From the NCBI RefSeq assembly GCF_009914755.1, contig NC_060937.1: a DNA stretch of 64,000 nucleotides. The stretch is one strand, 5' to 3'. The DNA comes from the human T2T-CHM13v2.0 reference genome, Homo sapiens. Positions 29,135 to 43,740 of the stretch are shown piece after piece (within the stretch, counting starts at the first letter, position 1; every line of letters begins with the position of its first letter). The position numbers and the translations under genes are program-made. The notes under the pieces are model-generated. The model had not been told where the DNA came from, did not search any database, and saw only the letters and a program-made list of their open reading frames with translations.

Positions 29135-29300
29135 GCCTCCAACACTTAGGAGCTGTGTAATTTTTGGCCTAGTACTCAACCTCTCTGTGCTCCAGTTTCC
29201 TCTTCTGAAATATGGGAATTGTAATGATACCTACTTGATAAGAGTTATATGAGCATAATATAAGATAAATACGAACCCCTGAACACATGCTGTAGTAGTA
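29135..29300 (+). mobile_element. MIR
   Basis: AACCTCTCTGTGCTCCAGTTTCCTCTTCTGAAATATGGG...ATGATACCTAC. Confidence 0.75.
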
Positions 29301-29559
29301 TCCCCTAATTTATATTAGCCAATGTTATTAATAATTATAAAAAGAAGACTGCATTTTCCATGGATTTTAGGTCATGGAAATATTGCATATAAATCTAGGG
29401 GATTACTATATCCATTATGAAATATCTCTGAAATCTCTTTCATTTGAATAATCTATGAATCTCTTCCAGAATATCTTCTGACATAAAATAACCGGCATTC
29501 ACTTACCTACCTCACTAAGCTCTTGTTCCGGTCAAATCAGTGATACATGCAGTTCTCCT

Positions 29560-30215
29560 GGCCTACATCTTGGCTTCTGTCCCATACTGAAAAGAGAATA
29601 ACCTTCCTGAGAGGCGAGTTTCACCATGCCCCCATCCCTGCTGGAAATGCATTAATGGCTTTTCTTCTCTAACACAATAATGAGGAGCTCCCAAGGTGGT
29701 CTCTGTGGCCCCAAGCCCACTTGTCTAGCCCTGCCACATGCCCAAAGCACTCACAACTCCAGGAATTTTGTGGCATGCCTTTATGTCTATTCACTGTTCC
29801 CTTGGGCTTGTATGCTGATCTCCATCCCCACCCATGCCCACACCCACTCTGCCTTCACCACAGGCAAGAATATTTTAATATCATTAGCATTTTCTTCAAG
29901 GATTCATTTTGAGCATCCCCTTTGTTTTGAAGCTGTTTGCCAATCCTATCCCCTAAGTAGAATTGGCACCTGCTTCTCCAGGTCCTCACTGGATTCCTCT
30001 ATGCATCTGTCACAGCACTTAGAACTCTTCATCGCACTGTTTGTTAGCATGACTATCCCTGTTATTCTCCTTGTATCCACAGTGCCTAACATAGCACCTA
30101 GCAGGCTTCAGATTGAACCACAGGAGATTTCTGTCTTTATAGATATTTCCAATTTCATGTGGTTCCACTTGGAGTGGGGTGCTTAGTAAATATCTGCTGA
30201 ATGAATGAATGAATA
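29560..30215 (+). mobile_element. L2 3' region
   Basis: GTATCCACAGTGCCTAACATAG and terminal TAAATATCTGCTGAATGAATGAATGAAT. Confidence 0.65.
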
Positions 30216-30522
30216 AAGTTCCACTCCTGCTGACCTACTGTCTGACAAGGCTCTTAAATGACACCATAATTTTCAGTAATACTTGTTTACCTGCCTGAAT
30301 GTACATGTCAATCACCTTTTCATTTTCCAAAAGAATTTTGTTAAAAATTTAAGTTATATCTATAGGTTTTTATAAGAAAATGACAGAGACAGTTTATTAA
30401 TATTCTCAGACAAAGAGAAGTTATGAAGCATTGTTTAAGACAACGTCAAAGAATTCAAAAAGCTCCATAGATGTAATGCTTTTCCCTTACTGAACAAGTG
30501 TGAAACATTGTAAGAATTACTA

Positions 30523-30828
<306 letters not shown>

Positions 30829-31369
30829 TTACTAATTTATTCAATATATCATAATCAATCAATTTATTCTCTAGAAGCCAAATAGTTGTCTTATTTCCCA
30901 TTCTCACCCCCTGACCCGGCCATCTACTCTTCTATAAATGGTTATTGTGGTTACAAAATTGGTTCCAAATGCAATGAACAAGCATGTAGCAAACAATACA
31001 TACAAGATGTTTATGTCTCTCATTTCACAATACCAAGGAATAAACCAAACTACCCATTAATGATGAGATCTACTCTAATCAAAGAAGCAAAAATGGAACA
31101 TATCAGAGGTATTGGGGTTTTCAATAACTGAGGTATAAGATGTCAGCTTATGACCAACTTTGTACTAAGGACCAGCTCTCTGAGATGGGACCTGACTCAA
31201 CCAAAGTCAAGAAGCCATATCCCTTCTCTGATGATGAGTAGCCAGAAGCCTCAACCACAAGTGGACTGTATGACAAAATCAACAAACACAAATTCAAATG
31301 CTTACAGAGGCCAGACACACAATGGAAAGAGGTGAGGAAGGCTAAATATGAGGCACTAGACAGTGGTGA

Positions 31370-31620
31370 GGCACGTGGCAAAGCATCCTGTGAACAGGCA
31401 GCAGCCATTTAGTTCTAATAGCATTACCATTCTGGGCCTCTGTAGTCAGTGTTGCCAGATTTTAGAATTTTTAGAAGTTAGAAATCTAGATGTTTATGTG
31501 AAATTTCCTGGTTTTTGAAACAGTACATTTTGTACATTACACAACAGCACATTTTGTACATTATACAAAACATGACTAAAACCGAGATCCGACCTTGGGC
31601 CATCAGTTGCAACTCCTACA
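31370..31620. mobile_element. Possible hAT-Charlie relic (MER102-like)
   Basis: GTGTTGCCAGAT...AGAAATCTAGATGTTTATGTGAAAT...GGCCATCAGTTGCAAC, by recall. Confidence 0.4.
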
Positions 31621-34600
31621 TGAAACTGTAATCTATGATGCCTCTGAATACAAGGTAGTCAGAAAATGAAAGGAGTTCTATGTTCAGAATAGTCAGAGAA
31701 AACTCTAATTTTAAATACATTCACGTATCATTCCTGAAAATATTCTGACACATGCTGGAACACATGTCCCAAGTTTTAATCTGGAAAAGATAGCTTTGAT
31801 ACCTCCAGTTACCATTTTGAACCTCTTTAGAAGTTAATAGTAGTCCCACAAGGCCAAGAAAGAAAGAAGAAACAAGCCTAAATACGAAAAGGTGGAAAGC
31901 AGGTTTGAGCTAGACAGTATGTTTATTTTAGAGAATAAGGAACGTTAAAACTGTTTGAAACTTTCCAACTCTCCGTGTATTTCTTTTTCTTTCACTTGCT
32001 CATGTATTTCAAATATTAAATGCTTTTCCTCTGTTATTAAGAAAGTGTGTTTGAGTCATACTCAGAGGTCTAACCCATGATGATGACACCACATTCATTA
32101 GACAACTTCTATTCCTTTCTAAAAGTTTCGATCCAATATTAGCAGAACCTGAAAGCCTTCCAACTCACTAACCAACAGATGGCATGACCAACTTTCCCAA
32201 GAGACACGCAGCAGCACACAGGTACACACCTTCCCAGTGAGAGAATGCAAGGTTCAGCTCAGGTGTTAGACACTCAGAGAACACTTAATCAAACAACAAA
32301 ACGGGTGGCAGCAGGGAGAAGAGGAAAGGTTCATTCCCTCTTCAGCTCCCACCCCCGGTTAGAAGTCCAGGGCATTTAAGGTCTACCACATTTCCATGTA
32401 GGGGTGGAAACATTATCTTTCCCTTGAAAGAAACATAGCCTTTGAACAGGAAATGGAGGGTCATCAGTTCGGGTTGGAACACACATAGAATAATAATGAC
32501 ACTACCTTTGCTGGTGTCAAATGTAAATTTGTTCAATAGTCCAGTGGAACAGTAACAAGGCACTTCTTCAGATGCCACCTGCTATTGAGTGTAGAAAATA
32601 ACAACAAAAAAATACCCTGTCGACTCACCCAAGTCAGATAATTACACGGACTGCAAAACATTCAGGCACGGAGCTCTGGAAACCTTTTAGGGGGTCCTTT
32701 ATCATGCCCTGCCTTTTCCAGAATGAGACTAATTTGCTCCTATTTCAGCCAGCTCCAGCAAAGAGAGCGGGTAAAGGAGAGAAAAGAGAATGAATTGTCA
32801 GCATTATTGAAAAGATTCATGGTTAGTCACACTCACTCCAGGCAAGTTCCTTGCCAGACACCACACCACTCATTAGCAGACCTGAGAACTGGCGTGCCTC
32901 CCACAGCTGAGCAACAGCCTTGGGCCTGGCAGGTCCCCAGGGACCCACAAAGCCCTATGTTCTCCCACACCCTGCAATGAGAAAGACCAGTTTGGGCAGG
33001 CCTGGGTGCAATTGGCTCCCCAGATGCTAAGTAAATCTGTTCTATGCCCTGTGCTGCTTCAAATATAATTATTCAGGTGCTCAGCTGGTGTGGAAATCAA
33101 GGTAGCATCTCTTCAGGGTACACTGATGCAGTTACCTGATGGGGCTGCCATTTTCTCCCCAGGTTCCCTTCGGAAGACCCAAGAGATGGTCGTGTCTACA
33201 GTTTGTCAGCCTGTATGTCCTCATTTCCAGCTACAGCTGTGAGCTGCTGATCTTCCTGGAGCTGGAAACATTTATTTCCCTTGTGTAATACCAGCAATTT
33301 TAACTTAGATTTACAGTGCTTACCACTGAACCATTTGGGGCATTAAAGACTAATTCAATTCATTTGCAAGAGACAGGGTGGGCTGTAGGAATCATTGATG
33401 TCAATATCCACAGCAATGGGGAAACTGAGTCTGGGAGGCAAAAGGACTTGCTCAAAAGTGTAGAACAAAGAAGAGAAGCCAGGTCTTTGCTTTTCTATTC
33501 AGTCTCATCCCATTTCTTGGAGCTACTATCTCACAGAAAAAAAAAATACCATTTCTAGTTAGGACAGCAAACCGGTTACTCTTTACTGTATGAAAACACC
33601 ATTCTCAGAATCACAACTCCCTAAAGTTCAGTCAAAACTTCCCAAAAAAAGCTGGCTTCTGTTAGAATGAGCTGCGCCCTCCACTGGGATCTGAAAGCAA
33701 AGGACAAGGACTAAGTCTTTGTAAACAATCACAACAGACACTGACCATGGTGAACATCATCCCATACGTCAGAGTAACATGCCCTCACATGGGTTCTGAT
33801 GGAGAAGAACAGCTCCCCCATGCTGAGCTCTGCCATCCCTAGCATCAAAAGTACCATATAGCTGGATGCCAAAGCTGGTACTATTTGGTACATACTGATA
33901 TGCATATTAGCTTGGATTTATGACACCTAGAAAAAGTGATCCTGGCCCTAAAATAAAATTCAAGTCCAAGAACGATCATTAACAATGTAAGTATGACTCA
34001 AAGCACTCAGACTACATGTCTTCACTTGGACTACATGTCTTCAGGTTGAAGACGCTTCACCCTGGCTTTGCAACAGAGTCACCATGATGACCCAGGCAAG
34101 TGTGGGATGTGTGGTAAGGGCTTGGGAAAATTCCTGTGGGTTTTTAGAGTTTTCATAATTCCCTGAAAGGCTGCTAGACCCAACTGCTTCTAAAGGAAGC
34201 ATGTGGGCAAACTCAGAGATATGGGTGAAGGACATTCTGTGTCAATGGACACCGAGTACTGGGCCAAGAGGCCCCTGCTTATCTGTGTTCGTAGTTGGTC
34301 TACAAAAGAGTCACAGCTTCCCTCTTCCTCCTTAGCAGGGGGAAGTGGGCCTGAGGGAATGTGGATCAGCCCAGCCAGTGCCTGTTAACAAGGTGGCCTG
34401 AGGAGTGGGTACTGCCCCCTTGTCTTGTATCAGTCCTCCAGTCTCTGCCATTGGTTGTGCTCCTGAGTGAAAAGAGGCAGAGCCTAGGACAGGAGATAAA
34501 GTTAAAGGAACTCTTCACTCGATCCTAGAAGGATTTTGCTTATGAGTTGCTCAGATCTCCTACAGCCTCCCCCACCCTCACGGGTGCTAGGCTGGCAGTC

Positions 34601-34774
34601 AGTATTACTACTCTTGACCATGGCACCCAGCTTAACTCTATCATTGGCACTGCAAATATGCCCTGGACTACCTCCGGAAGTGTCTTGGGTGCATGCCAAG
34701 AAAACATCCCTCACCTTCTCACCTCCTATTTTTGCATTATTTGCTTTCAGAAGGGAAGTGATAAAAATGGATAA

Positions 34775-34995
34775 TAGCCACTAATTTTTGAACAATTTTT
34801 CCAGGTACCACTCTAAGTGCTTTAAGTGTGTTGATTCTGTTAGTCCTCTCCACAACCCCATGAGGAAATAGTCTCCTCATTTGCACATGAGGGAACTGAA
34901 ACACAGGGAATTAGGTAACCTACAGTAGCCGTGCAGCTAGGAAGTGGCAGAGCTGAGATTTGAACCCAGAGCCCCATGTGTCCAGCCACTATACT
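34775..34995 (-). mobile_element. MIR
   Basis: GAGGGAACTGAAACACAGGGAATTAGGTAAC...CAGCTAGGAAGTGGCAGAGCTGAGATTTGAACCCAG. Confidence 0.8.
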
Positions 34996-35164
34996 GGTTA
35001 AGAAATGATGATATGATTCCGTGTAGACACAGGTTCTGTGTATCCAATGTACTTGAGAGTATTGGGGAGCATTTCTCCCTCTTCAGTGACATGAGGACAC
35101 ATCTATAAAGGCAAAGGCAATTTGAGAAAATAAGGCCAAGGGCATAAAGGTCAAGAAGAAGGGC

Positions 35165-35370
35165 TTTGTGATCAGTTGGCTTAAGTCCTATCTTGTCACT
35201 TACTAGCGATATGACCCTGGGCAGGCTGCTCAGTCTCCTGCAGCCTCATTTTTCTCATCTCTAAAATGGGGTTAATAGGACGCTTAGCTCACAGGATTCT
35301 TGAGAGACCAACAGGAATGGATCCATGAAAACAGCAGCTGGCCAACAGTAAATGCCGAGTAAATGGTGGT
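35165..35370 (+). mobile_element. MIR
   Basis: CACTTACTAGCGATATGACCCTGGGCAGG...GCCTCATTTTTCTCATCTCTAAAATGGGGTTAATA. Confidence 0.8.
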
Positions 35371-38031
35371 TTCAATTATTATTAAATATGGTGAGGTAAC
35401 GAGCAGTTAGGATAAGATGAAGTTGAAGAAAAGATTCCAGGTCGACATTATCTTCTTAGTTGTCAAATTTGTCATAGAGACTTATGAACCATAAGTAAGA
35501 AATTTCTCTTAAAATGGTAATCTTGGAAAATAGCTCCCTTTCCTCTGCTTGCTGCTGTCACTACTTCTGCTTCTTCTCTTCTCCCCAGGATTTGGTAAAT
35601 AATTCAGTTATCATGTCACAGCTCAACCTGGCAGCTCCACTCTGAGCTTCAGCCACAGCTATGCCCACTTCTCTGTGGGTTTGTGGGAAAGGTGCCCCTG
35701 GGCAACTGTGGCAAAGGATTCAGTCACTCGTGTGAGTGCTCGGGAGCAGGCACAGCTCTGCCCCATCCCTTCCAATCAGCATCATCTGCACCGTGGCTGT
35801 TCCTCACAGCTTGGCAACGTGCTGGCAGGTCGCTGGCTGGGAGCCTGCATTCTTCACAGAGGTCCTGTCATTATAATAACCATATTTTCTCTTGTGGTGA
35901 AGAGTAATTGAATTAAATTGGGCAGCATTTGATCCTGACCATACAAATTGCCTGATCCAATTGAGGCCTCTGTGAGGTCACAGGCAGGAAGGAGCAGAGC
36001 AGTGAGACAGATGTCCTCGTCCCGTGGGCCTGGCTGTTGGGTTCTTCTATCAGTGCACACCCAGAGACCCTCCTCTTCCATGTAAAACTCTCTGCAGGGA
36101 GACGGGGTTCTGCAGGCTGGGGAGAGGAGGAGGGGAGTCCCCAGGCATGTGGGGAGCACAGAAGAGCTGGCAGAAAGCAAAGTGTGACAGATACTATGAG
36201 CCAAACATATGGACATGCAGATGTTTCAGCAGGAATGGATGGAAGCACAGGGTGATTGGGTGACACCTGGAAGTAGGAGCTTAAACAGTACTGTGTGGAG
36301 TGGGAGGAGCAGGGATCAGGGACTGGAGTGAAAGCTGGCAAGTCAGAATTCAGAGTTTTGTGCTGGTGACATCTCATACTGTTCGTGGTTTAAAAGTCAC
36401 ATGTCTTTGGCAAACAAGCAGCCCAGTAGTCTTTATCAAGAGTAAATTATGTGGGTATTCTGCTTATCTGAAAGTAAATAAGAAACACAGATGCCTGCCT
36501 TTAAATGTCTAACTAGCTCTATTTTCCCTTCTTTCCACAGATAAAATTAAATATAGACATCAAGATCTAAATGTATCAGTGGGTGCACAAAAGGACCCCA
36601 GGAGGGGGAAATGGAGAAAATTTCAGGTGCTTATGCCTTCACGCACCCTTTTCTCTGCCATCCTGCCCTCGTCTTCACTGTCTGCCCACTGAGACCTGGG
36701 GTCACTGCTCACTTTCAGACAGGAAATTGAAAGACCTTTGCAAACACTTGGTCCCATCCCTCTCAACTTCCATTTCCTAATCCCCAAAGGCCAACGTGGA
36801 AATAAAAAGATGCTTTCATGTTGAAGGCACCTGGGAATCAGGCTTTGCTTGTAAAACACTGGCAAGGTTGGCTTCCACCCTGAGAGAAGCACGACCTCTG
36901 TCACTTCATCCTGGAGGTCCCCCTTCCTGGCTGGCTGTTCATGAGTCATCGAGTTACTAGACAGAGAAGAATACTTTATTTTGTCTGGTCACTCAGGGCA
37001 TTCCAAGAAGCAAAAAGTGTTGGGATGTTGAGGACAATAAGTGACAGCCAGACACAAGAGCGTAGCAGGGTAAAAATTACTGTCCTCCTAAGGAGCTCAG
37101 ACGATATGGCTTCTGGCCGTGTCTGTTCTCATATTATTGCTCCAGGAGGAGGTGGTGGGAGGATTTCCCCTTCATTTATATTCAGAAGGTTTATTCTGTG
37201 TGTGAGGATAAGAATCTGTGGGCTGAGAAAGAAAGGAAGTCCTAAAAACCCAATAATTTTTAAATTATGGGTTATGACACATTAATGACTCCCAGGATGG
37301 GGAAAGTTTCCATCAGGACATATGATTCAGCCTCATAAGAGAGCCCAATGCCTCAATATACACCAATTTGGTTGCCAACCCAATAATCCTCTAGAGTCAA
37401 ACCAACCCTTTCCAAGTGAGAGCTCTCCCAAGGGATGCGATGAGTCACCATTACAGTATTGACGGAGCAAAGGAGGCAAGTGTGCTGTACTACCCAGAAC
37501 TAGCATAAGACTTTAAGATGAAAACTTAAATGAAGATGAGGGATAGACGAGTCTACCAAAGGTGCTCTGGCCTAATATGATCTTCTACACATGACTTTGT
37601 AATAGTAGTATAGACTTTATATCTGCACATTCACATTCTTGAAAAAAGGTTATCCCTAATTGTGTGGCCACTGTTTACTCTTTCTCTTTTATAGGCCTTT
37701 AAACTAAATGAAAAGTAGTTTAAATCTAGTGGTAAAGCAAGTAGGTGTATATAGTGCGGGCAAGAAATCCCCACAGTGCAATCTGGCAGACCATAGTCAA
37801 CTCTCTAGGGCCGACTGTAAAACTCAGCTGGTGCTTTCTTGGTCTCTTTTACCAGCTTTACTTCCTGCATGTTCCTCAGTTATGTTGATGTTCTGCAGGT
37901 TTGTGACCTTCTTCTCCCCTCACTCCATCCACCCTCCATGCAGGAGTTTATTAACAGCTGTGGAGGGTTTCAGCTGCCATACACACACTATGTGTATTAG
38001 TCAGGTTTCTCCTGAGGGACAGAACTAATAG

Positions 38032-38196
38032 GATATATATATATATATTTTATATATATATATATCCTATATATATATCATATATATAATATATATATCA
38101 TATATATCAATATATATATTTTATATATATATAATATATATATCATATATATCAATATATATATTTTATATATATATTATATATATATATATATAT

Positions 38197-38228
<32 letters not shown>
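38032..38228. repeat. Compound (TA)n-(CA)n-(GA)n microsatellite
   Basis: Directly visible, inside MLT2. Confidence 0.95.
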
Positions 38229-38414
38229 GAGTTCATTAAGGAGTATTGACTCACAGGATCACAAAGTGAAGTCCCATAATAGGCCGTCTGCAAGCTGGGG
38301 AGCAAGGAAGCCAGTCTGAATCCCAAAACCTCAAAAGTAGTGAAGCCAACAATGTAGCCTTCAGACTGTGGCAGAAGGCCAGAGAGCCCCTGGCAAATCA
38401 CTGGTGGAAGTCTA

Positions 38415-39023
<609 letters not shown>

Positions 39024-39522
39024 TTAGATGGTGCCCACCCAGATTGAGGGTGGGTCTGCCTCTCCCAGCCCACTGACTCCAATGTTAATCTCCTTTGGCA
39101 ACACCCTCACAGACACACCCAGGATCAATACTTTGCATCCTTCAATCCAATGAAGTTGACACTCAATATTAAACATCACACTCTGGAAATGCTCAGCTCC
39201 AGCTCCTGAGGTCAACACTCTCTCCTAAACTTCAGTTCATTCAACGAACATTGATGGAGAACCTGCCAGGTAACAGGCCCCGAGCTGGGCAATGGACACA
39301 GGGAAATGAATAAAATGTGATGTCAGCCATCAAAGCTCACATATGATTTTATGTCCAACTACCTACTGACTTTTTCACTTGAACCTATAGTAATAATAAC
39401 AACAATAATAAACCTTTTAAAAAAATCTGCTGCCATTTGTTGAGAAACCTGCCAACCTGCCTCATGCTGGCTGCTCAGTGTAAAGCACTCTCTGGCCCCC
39501 AGAGCTCACATGCACGGCCTTC

Positions 39523-39938
39523 TGCTGTGCTTTCAATGTTTGTGTCTTCTCCAAAACTCTCATGTTGGAACTTCAACCCCAATGTTATGATATTCAAAGG
39601 TAGGGCTTTTCGGAGGTGATTAAGTCATGAGTATAGAGACCTCATGAATGAGATTAGCAATCTTACAAAAGTGCTGAAGGGAACTAGCTAGGGTTTTTTT
39701 GTTGTTTGTTTGTTTGTTTGTTTGTTTGTTTTTAACCCTTTCACCTTCCACCATGTGAGGACACAGTATTTTTTCCCTCCAGAGGACGCAGTAACAAGGC
39801 ACCATCTTAGAAGCAGTGACCGAGCCCTCACCAGACACTGAGCCCACTGGCACCTTTATTGGACTTCCAAGGCTCCAAAACTGTGAAAATTACCCAGTCT
39901 TAGGTATTTTGTCACAGCAGCATAAACAGACTAAGACG
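39523..39938 (+). mobile_element. MST (MSTD-like) MaLR solo LTR
   Basis: TGCTGTG...AAAACTCTCATGTTGGAAC...GAGGTGATTAAGTCATGAG...CAAGGCACCATCTTAGAAGCAG...AAACAGACTAAGAC; near-TSD CCTTC/CTTTC. Confidence 0.88.
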
Positions 39939-40569
39939 CTTTCCTCACTCATAGGCCAGGTAAGGCTTGGGTGTAATATCTCAGTACACAGTCTCATCCT
40001 AGCTAACAGCCAGACTATGACAAGTGGGCAGGAACCAGGCCACACGTCGATAATGATGTGTTATGGTTTTAAGATTATGGTGCTTCTCATCTGACTTTTC
40101 TATTTATGATAAGAAATGTAAGACGTTGATAGATGATAATTCAAATTTAAAGTAAAAATGTCTTACTATTGCCCTTTTAAACTTCCAGAACAGTTAAGGG
40201 CATTTAGAGATTGCAAACTGAGTTTTTTTTTTTTCTTTTAAAAACTACTTTTTGCAACTAGTTCTCAGAGTGAATCAGAATATTCTCAATAGTATATAAT
40301 TAGAAATATATATAAATATATACATATATATAAAATGGAAGTTGGGTTTGTCACACATATGCCCAAAATGTTGTATTAATTAATACTTCTTTATTGATCT
40401 TATTGATTCATTCTGTAACCGTCATAAATTTGAACTTACAAACTAAATGTCTGTTAACAAAATGCTGCTTTTATTTTTTTTTCATATGCTGGAGTTTTCC
40501 ATGAGATTTTGTTGGGGAAAAATATATGTAATGCTGAAGAAGTTTGAACACCGTGGAGCAAACCTAAGG

Positions 40570-40985
40570 ATTTAGCTGCACAGGCAAGGGCCTTCCAGCA
40601 CTGGCCCCGCCTGCCTCTTCAGCCTCAACTCCCCTCTCAGAACCCCTTACACCCTGAGGAGCAAAATCACCAGCTCTCCCTCCATCTGAGCCTTTGTTTA
40701 AACATGTTGCATCCTCCTCTGGAATGCACTCCCCCTCCTCACCTCCCATGCACCCCCTTGAACGTCACCCCTAGGAAGCCATCCTGACCTCTCCAGGGAT
40801 AGGGTCTGTGTTCCCACGTAAATGCTCCTCCAGCACTTCCCACCATTGATGTAAATTTTGCTTGCATGTCTGAGTTCCTAGATGGGAAGGGCAGTCGCTT
40901 ATTGATATTTATTTACACAGCGGCTATTCATTACCTGGCTCATAATATGTGCTCAATAAATGTGAATTGAATGAACAAATGAATA
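40570..40985 (+). mobile_element. L2 3' region
   Basis: Pyrimidine-rich body and terminal GTGCTCAATAAATGTGAATTGAATGAAC. Confidence 0.7.
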
Positions 40986-41054
40986 ATTTAAATAACAACC
41001 AGGATTTAGTCCTCAATGGATTTGAGCTTCTATATTTCTAAAATGCTCATGGCT

Positions 41055-41260
41055 GACACTGAATGCATACTAAGTATCAGGAACTGCCCTATTTCTACGA
41101 ATTTCTTCTTTAATCCTCAAAAACAGTTCTATGAGGTAGGTAGTACAATTATCATGCTAATTTTTCAGATGAGGAAAATGAAGTACAATGAGGTGATATG
41201 ACTTGAGCAAGTTCCCCAGCTAGTAAAAGGCACAGAGACACTTGACTCTAAGGAGTCCAC
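41055..41260 (-). mobile_element. MIR
   Basis: CTATGAGGTAGGTAGTAC...TTTTCAGATGAGGAAAATGAAG...GACTTG. Confidence 0.75.
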
Positions 41261-41354
41261 CATTGTCCTCTACGGGATGCACCGTACTGCTTACACAGAG
41301 AAGCCTACATGCAATAGGCCTTCCTTTCCTCTTTCCATTCTATTTACTTGCTTC

Positions 41355-41617
<263 letters not shown>

Positions 41618-42864
41618 TAGAATTATGCCTAAGATAAGCATTAACAAGATTCTGAGATGGCATTCTTTGAGTAAAGCATAAACTTTAGAACATGTCTTCT
41701 CCTTTAGCAGGACTGGGGCCTTGTTTCTTTTTGCCCTGGTTTTTGTCTACCTAGGTTGGGCTCTGGACACTGAGGGGTCATGGTAGTCCTCAGTCTTCCC
41801 TGACTCACCGCTGGGTGGCAGTACACCACACTTCCTTTATTCCTGCTCTTTTATGCGTGCGTGTAGAAGTGGGAGCTCTGCTTTAGGGACCACTCTCCAA
41901 TTCTCAATCTCCTCTTTTGCTTTTGATGTAAATTATCTCTTACACTTTTAGGTAATAGCAAATATTGTTTGTGTCTGTTTTTATGCACTCGTTTAGAATG
42001 ACATGGAGCTTTGCCAAAGTCAAACGAAGCACATTTCATTAGACCATTTTCATGGGGAGGTTTTTCTTACACAAAATTATCTACAATTAAAAATGCAGAG
42101 AGATTTTCCCCGTGTGGCACAGCTTTTTAAAAGACAGAGTCAAAACCTTTATCGAAAAAGCAATTTATAATGCCAGTAATTTTCTACCTCTGTCCTGCTA
42201 TTATCAAGGACAGCAGTTTTAAAAGAACTGGCTCTGGTCTCTCTGCTCAGCCTGTCGTGCTCACGTAATGGCTTGTCTGTAACTTCAGCCCATTGCCATG
42301 GAAGTCATTATGCCACACGCCCAGAAGGGTGATTTTCTACAGCATCAAAGAGGAAGCAACTGGGTTCAAAATGAAAAACAATCTCTATACATGTGAGAGA
42401 AAGAAGCATGATGAGGTGGGAAGGACCCAGAGAACACGATTTTATGTGAAAGAGTGCTATGAATGCAAGTTTTCAAATAGAATATTATCAGAACAAGACA
42501 ATAATAGTTGAAGTGAATAAAATAATTTTCCTAATGGCCTGTTCCTTCTCTCAAATTTTCTACCATAACACATGGTTAGAAGGTCCCAAATAAATGGCCC
42601 TTTACAGCTTCTCTGACATTTCTGGTAGCAAACATTCCAAGTGAATAATTTTATTTCTTTCATAAAATCCTGGAAGGGAATCACAAAGCTGCCTGGCTTT
42701 AGATGAGGTCTGGGTCATCTCGTCCATACCTCTGCCTTCAGGAAGGTTCAAACTTACTTTCCTAAGCAGATCAGACTCTACACTGGGAGATACCATGAGC
42801 TACTTTTTCTGAGGCCAGGGGCAAAGTTCTCTCAGGGTACTGAGTCAAATATTTTGTTAAGGAA

Positions 42865-43095
42865 GGAACTTGGGATCTGGAGTCAGGGGATTCCAGTGCA
42901 AGCCTGGGCTCCAGGGTTTGCCCACCCTGCAAACGTGGACAAGTCACGTGACATCCTTGTGTTCAGGTTGCCTCATCTTCAAAACCGGAAATAATAACCT
43001 ACATCACAGGGTTGCTCCAGTGGTCAAGTGAGACAATGGATGTGAAAGGGCTTTGTCAACTGGAAAGTGCTCTTCAAATGTCACTTATTATTATT
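42865..43095 (+). mobile_element. MIR
   Basis: CTGGAGTCAG...GGACAAGTCAC...CCTCATCTTCAAAAC...ATAATAACCTAC...GGATGTGAAAGGGCTTTG. Confidence 0.75.
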
Positions 43096-43554
43096 GTTCT
43101 GCTCAGTCCATTCATTTTTCTCTGCATGAGTTGAAGAGTACAGTCCTTTACCATTAATCTGCTCCCATGGAGAAGATGTTGGCTTCTACCTGCGTGCACT
43201 GGCACCACCAGCCTCCGCAGCCTGGGAAGGAGGTGTAATCTGAGGAGGAAGGAGGAGTGTGAGACCCATGTGTACAGCAGCAACTTCCTGCCTCCCTCCC
43301 AGACAACCTGGATCTGTGCACTTGTGGCAACTCAGTAGGGGTCTAGTGTTAGAATTGTGGGGTGAGGGACAGGAGATCTGGATTCTGTCACTATCTGACC
43401 GTATGACTTTGGGTTATTTCTTCACTTATTTAGTAACTCATTCAAAATAAATAGTGATTAGAGACACAGGGTCTTGAGCCAGGCAGTCTGAGTTCAAATC
43501 TTGATTTCCCCCAATGACTTGAGAGGTGATCTTAGGATAAATACAAACACAAGC

Positions 43555-43740
43555 CAGTACTTACTGAGCAATCATGTATGCAGCACTGTTCCAAAGGCAT
43601 GATAGATATTAACTCAGATGATCTGTGCAACAACCCTATGAAATTATCTCAGTTATTACTCCCATATTACAGATTATGAAACTGAGGCCAAAGTGCTTCA
43701 GTAACTTGCCCAGGGTCACTCTGCTAGCAAGTGGCAATCT
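43555..43740 (-). mobile_element. MIR
   Basis: CCCATATTACAGATTATGAAACTGAGGC...AGTAACTTGCCCAGGGTCAC. Confidence 0.8.

Noticed and set aside
29680-30186. 168-aa ORF
   Set aside because: Lies in a decayed L2 element
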